This document shows, piece by piece, positions 35,881 to 46,007 of a stretch of 64,000 nt of DNA. Where the stretch lies: the IMG/VR virus record IMGVR_UViG_3300027418_000370. One strand, given 5' to 3'. Under the pieces are notes generated by a model. The model ran no database searches, was not told the origin of the DNA, and was given only the letters and a program-made list of their open reading frames with translations. Origin of the DNA: a virus. Position 1 is the first letter of the stretch, and the number at the start of each line of letters is the position of its first letter. Position numbers and translations under genes: made by a program.

Positions 35881-37764
35881 ATGGCTGATACTTCTTTATT
35901 TGGTAGATTACAGAGACTTTTCTCTACCGACGTAGTAATTCGTAACGTGGGCGGCAATCAGCTGAAAATCGCCGATGTTAACCATATTCAGAGCACCGGT
36001 CGCTATGAGACAAACTCATTGGTAGATCGCTTCTCTCGTTTATACATCTACAATAATAAGAATATCTTCAATCCGAACCTTAACTATCAGACGTTAAGAA
36101 TTCAATTATATTCGGATTATGAAGCAATGGATACAGATCCAATTATCGCTTCTGCATTAGATATTCTAGCCGACGAAGCATGTCTTAAAAACGATGTAGG
36201 AGATATTCTTACCATTAAGACATCAGATGAGAATATTAAAAAGATTCTAACTAACTTATTTTACGACGTCCTTAACATCGAGTTTAACCTCTGGTCTTGG
36301 ACTCGTAATATGGTTAAGTACGGTGACTTCTTTTTGAAGCTAGAGATTGCTGAGAAGTTCGGTGTATACAACGTACTACCTTATACTGTGTACAGTATGG
36401 TACGTCATGAAAGCCAGGATCCAGACAATCCTGCTAAAGTACAATTTACTATTGACCCAGACGGAATTGCCTCCTCTACCGATCCAAACTATATCCCTAG
36501 ACATAAGGACAAAGTAATACTATTGGATAACTACGAGGTAGCGCATTTCCGTTTATTATCAGATACTAACTACCTACCTTACGGACGTTCTTATATTGAG
36601 CCTGCTAGAAAGATCTTCAAGCAGTTAACTCTGATGGAAGATGCGATGTTAATTCACCGTATCATGAGAGCTCCTGAGAAGAGAGTATTCTATGTTAACG
36701 TAGGTCAGATCCCACCAGCCGAAGTTGAGCAGTTCATGCAAAAGACTATCAACGGTATGAAAAAGACTCCTTACGTTGATCCTCAAACAGGTCAATACAA
36801 TCTGCGTTTTAATATGCAGAACATGATGGAGGATTTCTACATCCCTGTTAGAGGTGGAGATGCTACTACTCGTATCGATACTACAAAAGGTCTAGAGTAC
36901 GACGGTACAAATGACGTGGAATACCTTAGAGACAAAATGTTTGCCGCACTTAAAGTACCTAAAGCATACTTCGGGTATGAAGGAGATTTGCAAGGTAAAG
37001 CGACATTGGCTGCGGAAGACATTCGTTTTGCTAGAACAGTAGAACGCATCCAACGCATACTTGAATCAGAGTTAACTAAGATCGCTTTAGTACACCTTTA
37101 TACTCAAGGCTATAAGAATGAAAGTTTAACTAATTTTGAGCTTAAACTAACTACTCCTTCTATCATTTATGAGCAAGAGAAAATTGCTCTTATGAAAGAA
37201 AAGATTGATCTAGCCTCTCAGATGGTAGAAAGCAAGATGTTCTCTACAGACTATATCTACGAAAGTATCTTTAACTTATCAGAAGATCAGTACAACGAAC
37301 AGAGAGATCTAATTAGAGAAGATAGTAAGAGAGCCTTTAGAGTTGCTCAGATTGAAAACGAAGGTAATGACCCAGCTAAATCTGGAGTTACTTACGGTAC
37401 ACCTCACGACCTTGCTTCTATGTACGGTAGAAGAGGAATGGATACTCCTAAGATGCCTGTAGGATATGATGAAGGGAATCCCGAAGGAAGACCTCAAATC
37501 CATGCTTCTACTTATGGAACTCAAAATAGCCCATTTGGTAGAGATGCTCTAGGTCAACATGATATGCATGGTGGCTACGATAATGAGGAAGATTCTACTA
37601 TTAATGTAACTGAAGACACACAAGCTAGCAGTGTTATAACTAAATCAGTGTTCTACCAAAACCAAGATATCTTCAAACCTAAGAAGAGCTTAATCTTTGA
37701 GAAAAAAGAAGAACCGCAATCAAGTTTGCTTGATGAAAGCAATATTAAAGATTTAGGGCAGTAA
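35881..37764 (+). CDS. Portal protein (T4 gp20-like)
   Basis: YGRSYIEPARKIFKQLTLMEDAMLIHRIMRAPEKRVFY, EDFYIPVRGG, EDIRF. Confidence 0.95.
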   Translation: MADTSLFGRLQRLFSTDVVIRNVGGNQLKIADVNHIQSTGRYETNSLVDRFSRLYIYNNKNIFNPNLNYQTLRIQLYSDYEAMDTDPIIASALDILADEACLKNDVGDILTIKTSDENIKKILTNLFYDVLNIEFNLWSWTRNMVKYGDFFLKLEIAEKFGVYNVLPYTVYSMVRHESQDPDNPAKVQFTIDPDGIASSTDPNYIPRHKDKVILLDNYEVAHFRLLSDTNYLPYGRSYIEPARKIFKQLTLMEDAMLIHRIMRAPEKRVFYVNVGQIPPAEVEQFMQKTINGMKKTPYVDPQTGQYNLRFNMQNMMEDFYIPVRGGDATTRIDTTKGLEYDGTNDVEYLRDKMFAALKVPKAYFGYEGDLQGKATLAAEDIRFARTVERIQRILESELTKIALVHLYTQGYKNESLTNFELKLTTPSIIYEQEKIALMKEKIDLASQMVESKMFSTDYIYESIFNLSEDQYNEQRDLIREDSKRAFRVAQIENEGNDPAKSGVTYGTPHDLASMYGRRGMDTPKMPVGYDEGNPEGRPQIHASTYGTQNSPFGRDALGQHDMHGGYDNEEDSTINVTEDTQASSVITKSVFYQNQDIFKPKKSLIFEKKEEPQSSLLDESNIKDLGQ

Positions 37765-37795
37765 CATATATTTATATTAGTAGAATAGCATACTC

Positions 37796-38647
37796 ATGAA
37801 AATAAAGCATTCGAAGTACAAAAACACTGGATTGATCTTTGAGCTGCTGGTAAAGCAGATCGCTGCCGATACTCTGTCCCGTAAAGACTCGCCGGCCGTT
37901 AAGATCATGAAGAAGTTTTACACCGGTAAGACTTCCTTAGTCCGTGAATTTAAATTGTACGAATACATCCTTAAGAATAAAGGAGTAAGTCAATCCAAAG
38001 GAGAGACTATCGTTTCCACTATTATCGAAATTTCTCGTAAGTTAGAAAGAGAGACAATCAAGAAGCAGAAGTACGATCTTATCGCTGAGATTAAAAACAG
38101 CTACGACCTCGATGAGTTCTTCTCAATGAAGGTAAGAGACTATAAAGCTCTAGCTGCCCTATATTGCTTAATGGAAGCACAGAATGCTGACTTAGCCGAT
38201 CCACAGACTTTAGTGGATAATAAAATGACTGTATTAGAGCATTTAACTGAATCTAAGCAAAACGAAGAGGACGTTAAAGATGCTTTAGTTGAAGAATATG
38301 CAAAGTATGATAAGGATCTTAGAATGCTTACATACAAGATTTTACTTGAGAAGTTTAACGGTGAATATGCCAACCTACTTCCAGAACAGAAAGCTATCTT
38401 AAGAGAGTTTATTACTGCTTCCGAATCTCAAGTAAAACTTAGAACAATGATTAACGAGGAGCTTGAAAAAATTGGCCTTGCTGTCGAGAAGATGAAGACT
38501 AAGGTTAGTAACGATATCGCTAGAATTAAACTAGACGAGGTTGCTAAGACTATCAAGCCCCTTTCAAAACAAACTCGTATTAACGATACCCACATCGTAA
38601 ACCTACTACAGTATTACGACTTAGTTAACGAGCTTAATACCTTATGA
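37796..38647 (+). CDS. Head-module hypothetical protein
   Basis: Between portal and protease; late promoter at 37769. Confidence 0.6.
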   Translation: MKIKHSKYKNTGLIFELLVKQIAADTLSRKDSPAVKIMKKFYTGKTSLVREFKLYEYILKNKGVSQSKGETIVSTIIEISRKLERETIKKQKYDLIAEIKNSYDLDEFFSMKVRDYKALAALYCLMEAQNADLADPQTLVDNKMTVLEHLTESKQNEEDVKDALVEEYAKYDKDLRMLTYKILLEKFNGEYANLLPEQKAILREFITASESQVKLRTMINEELEKIGLAVEKMKTKVSNDIARIKLDEVAKTIKPLSKQTRINDTHIVNLLQYYDLVNELNTL

Positions 38648-38865
38648 AAAGAAGTGAAGTAGCAGAACTATTAAGAGAGTATGTTAGAGAACAACTCTCA
38701 GAAATGAACACTACTGGTGCAGTAGGAGCATATCAAACTCCTAATGCTTTTTCAAAAGACGATCGCGATAACTTAGCCACTAAGTTTATGGCTAAAATGG
38801 GTTTCAAGAAGACACAACGACCAAACAGACCTTCTAGCACTAAAATGGTAGACTACAGACAATGA
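38644..38865 (+). CDS. Small head-module protein
   Basis: LLREYVREQLSEM leader followed by TGAVGAYQTPNAF. Confidence 0.6.
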   Translation: MKRSEVAELLREYVREQLSEMNTTGAVGAYQTPNAFSKDDRDNLATKFMAKMGFKKTQRPNRPSSTKMVDYRQ

Positions 38866-39854
38866 AAACATTACAAGAGAAATACAACGCTGTCGCCGAA
38901 GGTAGCTTCGCGAAATCCCAATTTGTTAGAGATGCTAGTATGCAACTACCTAACCTTATCTCTAAGGTTAATAGCTACGATGATACTGTAAATATTCTCA
39001 AGAATAGAGGTATGATTGCTGAAGCTAAGATGCAAGAACCTAAGTACTCTACAGCTAAGCCTGAGGATGCAATTGCTCCTGATGTATTAGATACAGGTAT
39101 CAAATTTGAGCTTGATAACAAATACGGTACTTTAGACGTTACTCCAGAGCAATATGAGAAATGTAAAGCAATGGCTGTTAGTAACCTAGCTAAAGACGTA
39201 CTCTACTACGTTAAGCAAGATAGCATTCAGCTAGAGACTCCAGGAGAGAAAATGGAGAAGGTAGTAGTTAAGGAAGAAGTTAGCGAGATGGGTAATGAGC
39301 CTGTAATACTAAACAAAGCTTTAATTACCGGCTTACTTAAAGACTTTTTAGCTGATGCTGATCCTAGAGACGAAGTTGCTAAAGCTTATGTAGCTTCCGT
39401 AATGAGAGACTTTAAATCAGGAGATCCTTCTAGAACAACTCAGTATGCTACTTGGCAGTCAATGGACGATCTAGAGGACGACTTCAATGATTATATGGGT
39501 CAAAGAATGGATGAGAAGAAAGACGGCCCTGTATACCCTGAAGATAAGCATACATTAACTCCTGACGAGCTTGGATATGATGTAGACGAAGGAACTACAC
39601 TTGAGCTTTCTGACGAAGAGATGGAAAAACTTCATAAAGACGGTAAAGTAACATTAGCCAACGGAAGCGTACTACACTATGTAGGTAAAGTAGCCGAATA
39701 CGAAGCACCTAAATACTCAGAAGAGGAACTAGCTCAGATCTCTAAAGATCAAGAAGAGCACGATGAGGAAACTTTACGTCGTGAACGTGGTCTAGAAGAA
39801 CAACAGCTTAAAGAGTTATTCAAGAAGATCATTACTAAAGTAATTACAGAGTAA
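38862..39854 (+). CDS. Acidic prohead core/internal protein candidate
   Basis: Many [LIVM]xE sites; directly upstream of the protease. Confidence 0.55.
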   Translation: MKTLQEKYNAVAEGSFAKSQFVRDASMQLPNLISKVNSYDDTVNILKNRGMIAEAKMQEPKYSTAKPEDAIAPDVLDTGIKFELDNKYGTLDVTPEQYEKCKAMAVSNLAKDVLYYVKQDSIQLETPGEKMEKVVVKEEVSEMGNEPVILNKALITGLLKDFLADADPRDEVAKAYVASVMRDFKSGDPSRTTQYATWQSMDDLEDDFNDYMGQRMDEKKDGPVYPEDKHTLTPDELGYDVDEGTTLELSDEEMEKLHKDGKVTLANGSVLHYVGKVAEYEAPKYSEEELAQISKDQEEHDEETLRRERGLEEQQLKELFKKIITKVITE

Positions 39855-39856
39855 CC

Positions 39857-40435
39857 ATGGCAAACGTATTAGTAGAATATACCCCATTTAAATCTGTTCT
39901 TAGAGAATCTAAGGAAAGACCGGGCGTTTTTGAAGTCGAAGGCGTAATGCAAAGAGCAGGAGCTCAAAACCAAAACGGCAGAGTATACGATAAGAAAGTT
40001 CTACTTAGAGAAGTTAACAACTACCTAGAAAACTTTGTTAAAGTAGGTAATGCCTATGGTGAATTAGATCACCCAGAGTCTCCAATTGTATCTCTAAAGA
40101 ACGCCTCTCACGTAGTTAAAGATCTATGGTGGGACGGCGACGATTTATGCGGTAGAGTAGAGTTACTTAATACTCCAGCCGGGAATATTGTAAAAGAAAT
40201 TATTAAAGGTGGACACACCATCGGTATCTCTTCTAGAGGTACTGGATCTGTTAAACCTACAAACGAAGGATATTTAGAAGTTCAAGATGACTTCGAGCTA
40301 GTGTGTTGGGACTTTGTTTCCAATCCATCTACTCACGGAGCATTTATGAACCCTATTTCATTGAACGAAGGAGCTGTAAAGCAAGATAAGTATGGTAAAT
40401 TAGATTCCATTCTTAACGACATCTTAAGAGCTTAA
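39857..40435 (+). CDS. Prohead protease (T4 gp21-like)
   Basis: NQNGRVY, GELDHP, TPAGNI, GISSRGTGS, DFVSNPSTHGA. Confidence 0.95.
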   Translation: MANVLVEYTPFKSVLRESKERPGVFEVEGVMQRAGAQNQNGRVYDKKVLLREVNNYLENFVKVGNAYGELDHPESPIVSLKNASHVVKDLWWDGDDLCGRVELLNTPAGNIVKEIIKGGHTIGISSRGTGSVKPTNEGYLEVQDDFELVCWDFVSNPSTHGAFMNPISLNEGAVKQDKYGKLDSILNDILRA

Positions 40436-40453
40436 TTTTTAAATTTATTTGTT

Positions 40454-40624
40454 ATGACATCACAAGAACTATTTGACAGGATTGCTGAACATTTCACAAC
40501 CCTAGAAGCCGAACACGGAAAACCAACTAAAGCTGCTCACTCTAGAGCTAGAAAGGCAGCCGGAGAGATTAAAAAGCTTATTACAGAGTATAGAAAAGCT
40601 TCAACAGCTGAAGATAAAGCCTAA
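40454..40624 (+). CDS. Histone H1-like Hc1-family protein, 56 aa (not in ORF track)
   Basis: MTSQELFDRIAEHFTTLEAEHGKPTKAAHSRARKAAGEIKKLITEYRKASTAEDKA*; KAAxxRARK...LxxExRK motif. Confidence 0.75.
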   Translation: MTSQELFDRIAEHFTTLEAEHGKPTKAAHSRARKAAGEIKKLITEYRKASTAEDKA

Positions 40625-40626
40625 TC

Positions 40627-40743
40627 ATGGGTAAGTATCAGAAAGAGAATCAAAAGCCTCTTAGCAGAGCTTCTAAGATGAAGAGAAGCAAGAGAATGCA
40701 AGCCAATCATCAAGTGATGAAAAAATTGGAACAAAGCATTTAA
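40627..40743 (+). CDS. Small basic protein, 38 aa (not in ORF track)
   Basis: MGKYQKENQKPLSRASKMKRSKRMQANHQVMKKLEQSI*; between Hc1-like gene and terminator. Confidence 0.55.
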   Translation: MGKYQKENQKPLSRASKMKRSKRMQANHQVMKKLEQSI

Positions 40744-40762
40744 GAAGCCTGCTACCTTAGGC

Positions 40763-40789
40763 GCCCCGCTCCGGCGGGGTTTTTTTTTT
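40763..40789 (+). terminator. Intrinsic terminator
   Basis: GCCCCGC-TCCG-GCGGGGT followed by a T run. Confidence 0.9.
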
Positions 40790-40808
40790 GTTTTTTAGTT
40801 TCCGGATG

Positions 40809-40816
40809 TATTTATA
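40809..40816 (+). promoter_or_regulatory. Late promoter of scaffold-capsid operon
   Basis: TATTTATA, one of about 18 copies upstream of late genes. Confidence 0.7.
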
Positions 40817-40913
40817 TATGAATATATCGTCCGATACGATATCTATATTATAAAAATTTTATTACGTTTGACCGCTCGGTCACAATTAAACGTAGAAATC
40901 ACAAGTTAACATT

Positions 40914-42095
40914 ATGGCTAACAAAGATTTATTCAAGCAGGCTATTGCTGATGCTAAATCTATTCGTGAAGCTGCTATCACTAACGCAAAACTTGCTTTA
41001 GAGGAGTCGTTAACTCCACAGTTAAAAGAGCTTTTAGCTCAACGTTTAGCTGAGATGGAAGAAGAAGCAGAGAACCAAGAGGTTCTTGCTGAAGCTGAAG
41101 TTGAAGAGACTGAAACTATGGAAGAAGGCGACTACAAAGAAGAAGTAGCGGAGGCTGAAGAAGCTGAAGAAAAAGAGGAAGAAGAAGGTGAAGAAGCTGG
41201 TGAAGAAGAAGCTGAGGGTGACTCTGAAGAATCAGAGGACGAAGCTGAAGAAGATCTAGAGGTTGAAGACATGACTGTCGATGACCTTAAAGACCTAATC
41301 CGTGATATCCTTTCTCAGGAAATGGGTGACATGGAAGCGCCTGAAGGTGAAGAAGGTGATGAGGAAGCTGAAGATATGGTAGGCATGGATATGACTGCTG
41401 AACCTGAGGCTGAAGCCGGAGAGGAAGAAATTAACCTCGACGAACTCATGGCTGAACTCGCTGAAATGGCTAAAGACGAAGATACTGTTGAAGAGACTAT
41501 CAACGATCCAGAGACTGAAACTGCTCACGGTAACGTCGCAGAAGAAGAAGAGACTATGGAAGAAGGACCTATGGATAAGATCAAGCAATTAGTTGCTAAG
41601 ATGCAGCAAAACGCTAAAGAGGGTAAACCACTTATCGATGACGAATTCTTCAAGTTTGCTGAGAAAATGGATATCTTAGATCCAGGTACAGTTACAGCCG
41701 GTATGGCTAAGTCTGGTTCTGGTAAGACATCCTCTATCGGTGAAGAACTCGCTGAAGCTATGGAGACTATCGAAGCTCTTCGCAAAGATCTTAATGAAGT
41801 AAACTTACTAAATGCTAAGTTACTTTACGTTAATAAGGTATTCAAGGCTAACGCCCTTACTGAATCACAGAAAGCTACAGTTATTGCTGCTTTCGACAAA
41901 GCTGAGACAGTTAAAGAAGTTAAGCTTGTTTTTGAAACGGTTAGCGAAAACATTCCTTCTGGTAAAAAAGAAGTAGTTAAGGAAGCCAAGGGCTTTGCTT
42001 CAGCTGCTGTAGGAACATCTGACAAACCAGAAGTAATTGCTGAAGCTAATCAGGCTGTATTACGCATGCAAAAACTTGCAGGAATTATTAAATAA
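40914..42095 (+). CDS. Prohead scaffolding protein
   Basis: Very acidic coiled coil between protease and major capsid gene; C-terminal RMQKLAGI. Confidence 0.85.
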   Translation: MANKDLFKQAIADAKSIREAAITNAKLALEESLTPQLKELLAQRLAEMEEEAENQEVLAEAEVEETETMEEGDYKEEVAEAEEAEEKEEEEGEEAGEEEAEGDSEESEDEAEEDLEVEDMTVDDLKDLIRDILSQEMGDMEAPEGEEGDEEAEDMVGMDMTAEPEAEAGEEEINLDELMAELAEMAKDEDTVEETINDPETETAHGNVAEEEETMEEGPMDKIKQLVAKMQQNAKEGKPLIDDEFFKFAEKMDILDPGTVTAGMAKSGSGKTSSIGEELAEAMETIEALRKDLNEVNLLNAKLLYVNKVFKANALTESQKATVIAAFDKAETVKEVKLVFETVSENIPSGKKEVVKEAKGFASAAVGTSDKPEVIAEANQAVLRMQKLAGIIK

Positions 42096-42115
42096 CTTTA
42101 AATCCAAAATTTATC

Positions 42116-43723
42116 ATGGAATTAAATTCTCTATTAAACGAGTCAGCTCAAGGCTTCAAGAGCTTACAAGCTGACGCAACTCGTTTAGCTGATAAGTGGT
42201 CTGCTACAGGCTTACTTGAGGGCTTAAACAACGAGATCGAGAAAAATAGCATGGCTATGATCCTCGAAAACCAAGCTAAGCAGCTTGTAAACGAAATGAA
42301 CTCTACTGGTGGCGGTGCTATCGGTACTGCTACAGCTAACGCTGAGCAATGGGCTGGTGTTGCTTTACCACTTGTGCGTAAAGTATTCGCTCAGATCTCT
42401 GCTAAAGATTTCGTTTCTGTTCAACCAATGAACCTTCCTTCTGGCCTAGTATTCTATCTTGACTTCAAGTATGGTAACGGTGTTAACGGTCGTACTCTAG
42501 GTGACAACCTTTACGGTAACGTTTCTACTGCTAACAGCAAAATGACTGTTGATCTAGAAGTTGCTGGTGGTCTTTACGGTGCTGGACAATTCGGTTACAC
42601 AATCAACCCAGTTGCTACTGCATCTCTAGCTATCACAGCTGGTACTGCTACTTCAGCTTCTGTTGGCTACCAAGATGGTGTTAACCCAAGCGACTATAAG
42701 ACTTACGCAATCACTTTTGCTCAAGCTATTGATACTAAAGGTGTTCGTGCTTTCCGTCTTTCTTCTGGCTCTGCCGCTTACGGTGCCGCTAGCGACATCA
42801 CAACTAACCCAGAATTCACTACTGTATCTGGTAACACAGTTACTTTCGTAGTTGCTGCTTCTGCGGTTACTGCTGCTAACTTAACTGACGCTGCTGCTGT
42901 ATTCCACCTTCAGCCATCTGACAACACTCGTGGTGATTTCGAATTCACTGACGGTGTAGGTGATACAACTCCAGTTATCCCTGAGATCAACGTATCTCTT
43001 GCTTCTGAAGCTATCGTTGCTAAGACTCGTAAGTTAAAAGCACAATGGTCTCCAGAATTCGCTCAAGATCTTAACGCTTACCACAGCATCGACGCTGAGG
43101 CTGAGTTAACTTCTCTTCTTTCTGAGTATATCTCTATGGAAATCGATCTCGAGATCCTTGATATGCTTATCCAAGATGCAGTTACTACTGAGAAGTGGTC
43201 TGCTGAGAACAACAAGATCTGGGCTAACGGTGCATGGCAGACTACTGCTGTAGCTGATTTCTACAACACTCAAGGTCAGTGGTTCCAAACTCTTGGTACT
43301 AAGATCCAGAAAGTGTCTAACAAGATCCACCAGAAGACTTTACGTGGCGGTGCAAACTTCCTAGTAGTTTCTCCTTCTGTTGCTACTATCCTTGAGTCAA
43401 TTCCTGGATATGCTGCCGAGACTAACGGTGACAAGATGGACTTCGCAATGGGTGTTCAGAAAGTAGGTTCACTTAACTCACGCTTCCGTGTTTATAAGAA
43501 CCCTTACATGACTGAGAACGTTATCCTTATGGGTTACAGAGGTAGCCAGTTCCTAGAGACAGGTGCTGTTTATGCTCCATATGTACCATTAATGATGACT
43601 CCATTAGTATACGATCCTAAGAACTTCACTCCAACGAAGGGTATTATGACTCGTTACGCTAAGAAGATGATCCGTCCTGAATTCTACGGTAAGATCTGGG
43701 TTTCTGACCTAGCTACTGTTTAA
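42116..43723 (+). CDS. Major capsid protein (T4 gp23-like)
   Basis: VQPMNLPSGLVFYL, AKTRKLKAQWSPEFAQDLNAYH.IDAEAEL, YAPYVPL, GIMTRY. Confidence 0.96.
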   Translation: MELNSLLNESAQGFKSLQADATRLADKWSATGLLEGLNNEIEKNSMAMILENQAKQLVNEMNSTGGGAIGTATANAEQWAGVALPLVRKVFAQISAKDFVSVQPMNLPSGLVFYLDFKYGNGVNGRTLGDNLYGNVSTANSKMTVDLEVAGGLYGAGQFGYTINPVATASLAITAGTATSASVGYQDGVNPSDYKTYAITFAQAIDTKGVRAFRLSSGSAAYGAASDITTNPEFTTVSGNTVTFVVAASAVTAANLTDAAAVFHLQPSDNTRGDFEFTDGVGDTTPVIPEINVSLASEAIVAKTRKLKAQWSPEFAQDLNAYHSIDAEAELTSLLSEYISMEIDLEILDMLIQDAVTTEKWSAENNKIWANGAWQTTAVADFYNTQGQWFQTLGTKIQKVSNKIHQKTLRGGANFLVVSPSVATILESIPGYAAETNGDKMDFAMGVQKVGSLNSRFRVYKNPYMTENVILMGYRGSQFLETGAVYAPYVPLMMTPLVYDPKNFTPTKGIMTRYAKKMIRPEFYGKIWVSDLATV

Positions 43724-43746
43724 TTCATCCTTACATAGGAAAATTT

Positions 43747-43775
43747 GAGGGGGCCTTCGGGCCCCTTCTTTTTTT
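43747..43775 (+). terminator. Intrinsic terminator after capsid gene
   Basis: GAGGGGGCC-TTCG-GGCCCCTTC followed by T7. Confidence 0.9.
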
Positions 43776-43829
43776 ATCGTATATTAGTTATAAATCTATT
43801 TATACAATATAAACCAACGTTACGAATAT

Positions 43830-44516
43830 ATGAGTTCGAATCACCACGAAGACGAGATCTTCAAAGCTAAGAGACGACCAAAGAACCCTATTAAGTTTAA
43901 TATTTCTCTCAACGATGAACAGAAAGCTGCGAAGGAAGTTATACTCACTAATCCCATCACCGTTCTACGTGGTATGGCTGGAAGTGGTAAGACTCTGGTG
44001 GCAGTTCAATGTGCGCTTGACCTCTTATTCACGAAACAGGTCAACAAGATTATCATCACGCGACCAACAGTGGCTAAAGAAGACATTGGCTTCCTCCCAG
44101 GAGACATCCGCGAAAAAATGGACCCCTGGCTTGCGCCGATTTATCACAACCTATACCTCTTATATTCAAAAGAAAAAATCGACAGGGAAGTAGAAGAAGG
44201 TAATATTGAAATCCTTCCATTCGCTTTTATGAGAGGACGTACTTTCGTTAACACATTTGTTATTGTTGATGAAGCACAAAACGTTACTCATACCCAGATG
44301 GAAATGGTCTTAGGTAGACTGGGTATGAATAGCTGGATGGCTATCTGTGGAGACATAGCTCAGATTGATTTACGAGATAAAAGACAGACTGGTTTTTCAT
44401 TCTTAAATCGCTTAGAGGAGAACGTTAAAGGCTTTAGGGTTGTAACGTTATTACAAAATCATAGACACCCTATCGTCGAACCTATACTTAATGTATACCA
44501 AACATTCAGGGATTAA
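43830..44516 (+). CDS. phoH: PhoH-family ATPase
   Basis: GMAGSGKT, ITRP, IGFLPGD..EKMDPW, FMRGRTF, DEAQN, GDIAQID. Confidence 0.93.
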   Translation: MSSNHHEDEIFKAKRRPKNPIKFNISLNDEQKAAKEVILTNPITVLRGMAGSGKTLVAVQCALDLLFTKQVNKIIITRPTVAKEDIGFLPGDIREKMDPWLAPIYHNLYLLYSKEKIDREVEEGNIEILPFAFMRGRTFVNTFVIVDEAQNVTHTQMEMVLGRLGMNSWMAICGDIAQIDLRDKRQTGFSFLNRLEENVKGFRVVTLLQNHRHPIVEPILNVYQTFRD

Positions 44517-44550
44517 AAGCAGAGTTACTATTTATATATAAACTCGAACT

Positions 44551-45693
44551 ATGGCTGATATCGCAATCTGGGAAGGCTCATCTCAATTTCAAGCCGGACA
44601 GACTCCATTCGCATTCTATGACACAGATGCTGACTTTATAGCTGATGCTGATAAGGTAGCTAAGTTTTGTGCACAGAGATTGGGGTATCCATTGATGGAT
44701 GTAGAACTACAATCTGGTTCTATCTATGCTTGCTTTGAAGAAGCAGTAACCACTTACGGTAACGAAGTATTTCAGTACAAGATTAGAGAGAATTACCTAT
44801 CTATGGAGGGTGATTCATCAGCTACATCGTATAATAGTAAGTTAATAGAAGGATCTTTAGGGAGAGTTATTGAAATTGCTGAAAATTACGGTACAGAAGC
44901 AGAAGTAGGAGGTAATGTTACTAAATACTCAGGATCTATCACAGTAACTGCCGGCACTCAGAGTTACGATTTAGATGCCTGGGCTACTGCACAAGGAATC
45001 ACCGGAGGAATTGAGATTAGAAAGGTATTTTACGAGTCTCCACCGGCGATCTTACGTTATTTTGACCCATATGCAGGTACTGGTACAGGTATTCAGTCAT
45101 TAATGGACGCTTTTGACTTTGGATCATACAGTCCAGGTGTAAACTTCCTGTTAATGCCTGCTTCTTACGACATTTTAAAGGTTCAAGCCATCGAATTTAA
45201 CGATCAGATCAGAAGATCGGCATATTCCTTTGAAGTAGTCAATAATCAGCTTAAATTATTCCCTGTACCTAAGCAAGACGGTGCTATGTGGTTCGAATAC
45301 TACAAGAAAAGCGACAAAAAAGGTGCAGTTAAGGATAGTTCCTCTGGATTAATTACCAATGTAGGTGAGGTACCTTATGATAATGTTACTTATAGCACTG
45401 TAAACTCAGTAGGAAGACAGTGGATCTACCGTTATACGTTAGCTCTTACTAAAGAACTCCTAGGATACATTAGAGGTAAGTACCAACAGATACCTGTACC
45501 GGGTTCAAACACAGGATTAAACCAAGCAGACCTGCTTACAGATGCAAGATCTGAGAAGATATCCTTACTTACTGAGCTAAGAGAGATGTTAGACCAAACG
45601 TCTAAGAAGGCTCAACTAGAAAGAAAGGCTGACGAATCAGATAATCTTAAGAGAATCACTACTCAAGTACCAATGACAATCTTTATAGGATGA
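44551..45693 (+). CDS. Neck/head-tail adaptor (gp13-like)
   Basis: RLGYPLMDVEL, WIYRYTLALTKELLGYIRGKY; position after capsid gene. Confidence 0.75.
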   Translation: MADIAIWEGSSQFQAGQTPFAFYDTDADFIADADKVAKFCAQRLGYPLMDVELQSGSIYACFEEAVTTYGNEVFQYKIRENYLSMEGDSSATSYNSKLIEGSLGRVIEIAENYGTEAEVGGNVTKYSGSITVTAGTQSYDLDAWATAQGITGGIEIRKVFYESPPAILRYFDPYAGTGTGIQSLMDAFDFGSYSPGVNFLLMPASYDILKVQAIEFNDQIRRSAYSFEVVNNQLKLFPVPKQDGAMWFEYYKKSDKKGAVKDSSSGLITNVGEVPYDNVTYSTVNSVGRQWIYRYTLALTKELLGYIRGKYQQIPVPGSNTGLNQADLLTDARSEKISLLTELREMLDQTSKKAQLERKADESDNLKRITTQVPMTIFIG

Positions 45694-46007
45694 TGAAGCT
45701 AGGTAACATACTACTTGAAGAGACGTATAAGATGTTTAGAACTTATATGTACCTTGAATTTGACGATACCGATATGGATGTATCGACACTAGCTAATATT
45801 GTACGCGGTCTACCACAGGTAGCTGTAGTAAATAACAAATCAGATAAAGAAGATCCTAGGCCTAGAGCTTTATTCCAAGTAAAAATTGCAACTACCAAAC
45901 CACCTACTGAAGCATTTCAGATACTACAGAAGGATGTGATGACTAGAGTTTCAGAAGTAAAGAAATGTCAAATTTCAGAACGCCACGTAGAGGAGGTTAA
46001 CTTATGA
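45690..46007 (+). CDS. Hypothetical protein with MKLGNILLEE leader
   Basis: Coupled ORF. Confidence 0.6.
   Translation: MMKLGNILLEETYKMFRTYMYLEFDDTDMDVSTLANIVRGLPQVAVVNNKSDKEDPRPRALFQVKIATTKPPTEAFQILQKDVMTRVSEVKKCQISERHVEEVNL

Noticed and set aside
29886-40743. Phage-encoded ribosomal protein bS21 among the small basic ORFs
   Set aside because: Only a YEKP or KP-basic resemblance; the N-terminal beta-alpha ALKRFK-type core is missing.
34276-43723. Introns or inteins in terL, portal or capsid genes
   Set aside because: ORFs are uninterrupted, of normal length, with no intein splice motifs noticed.
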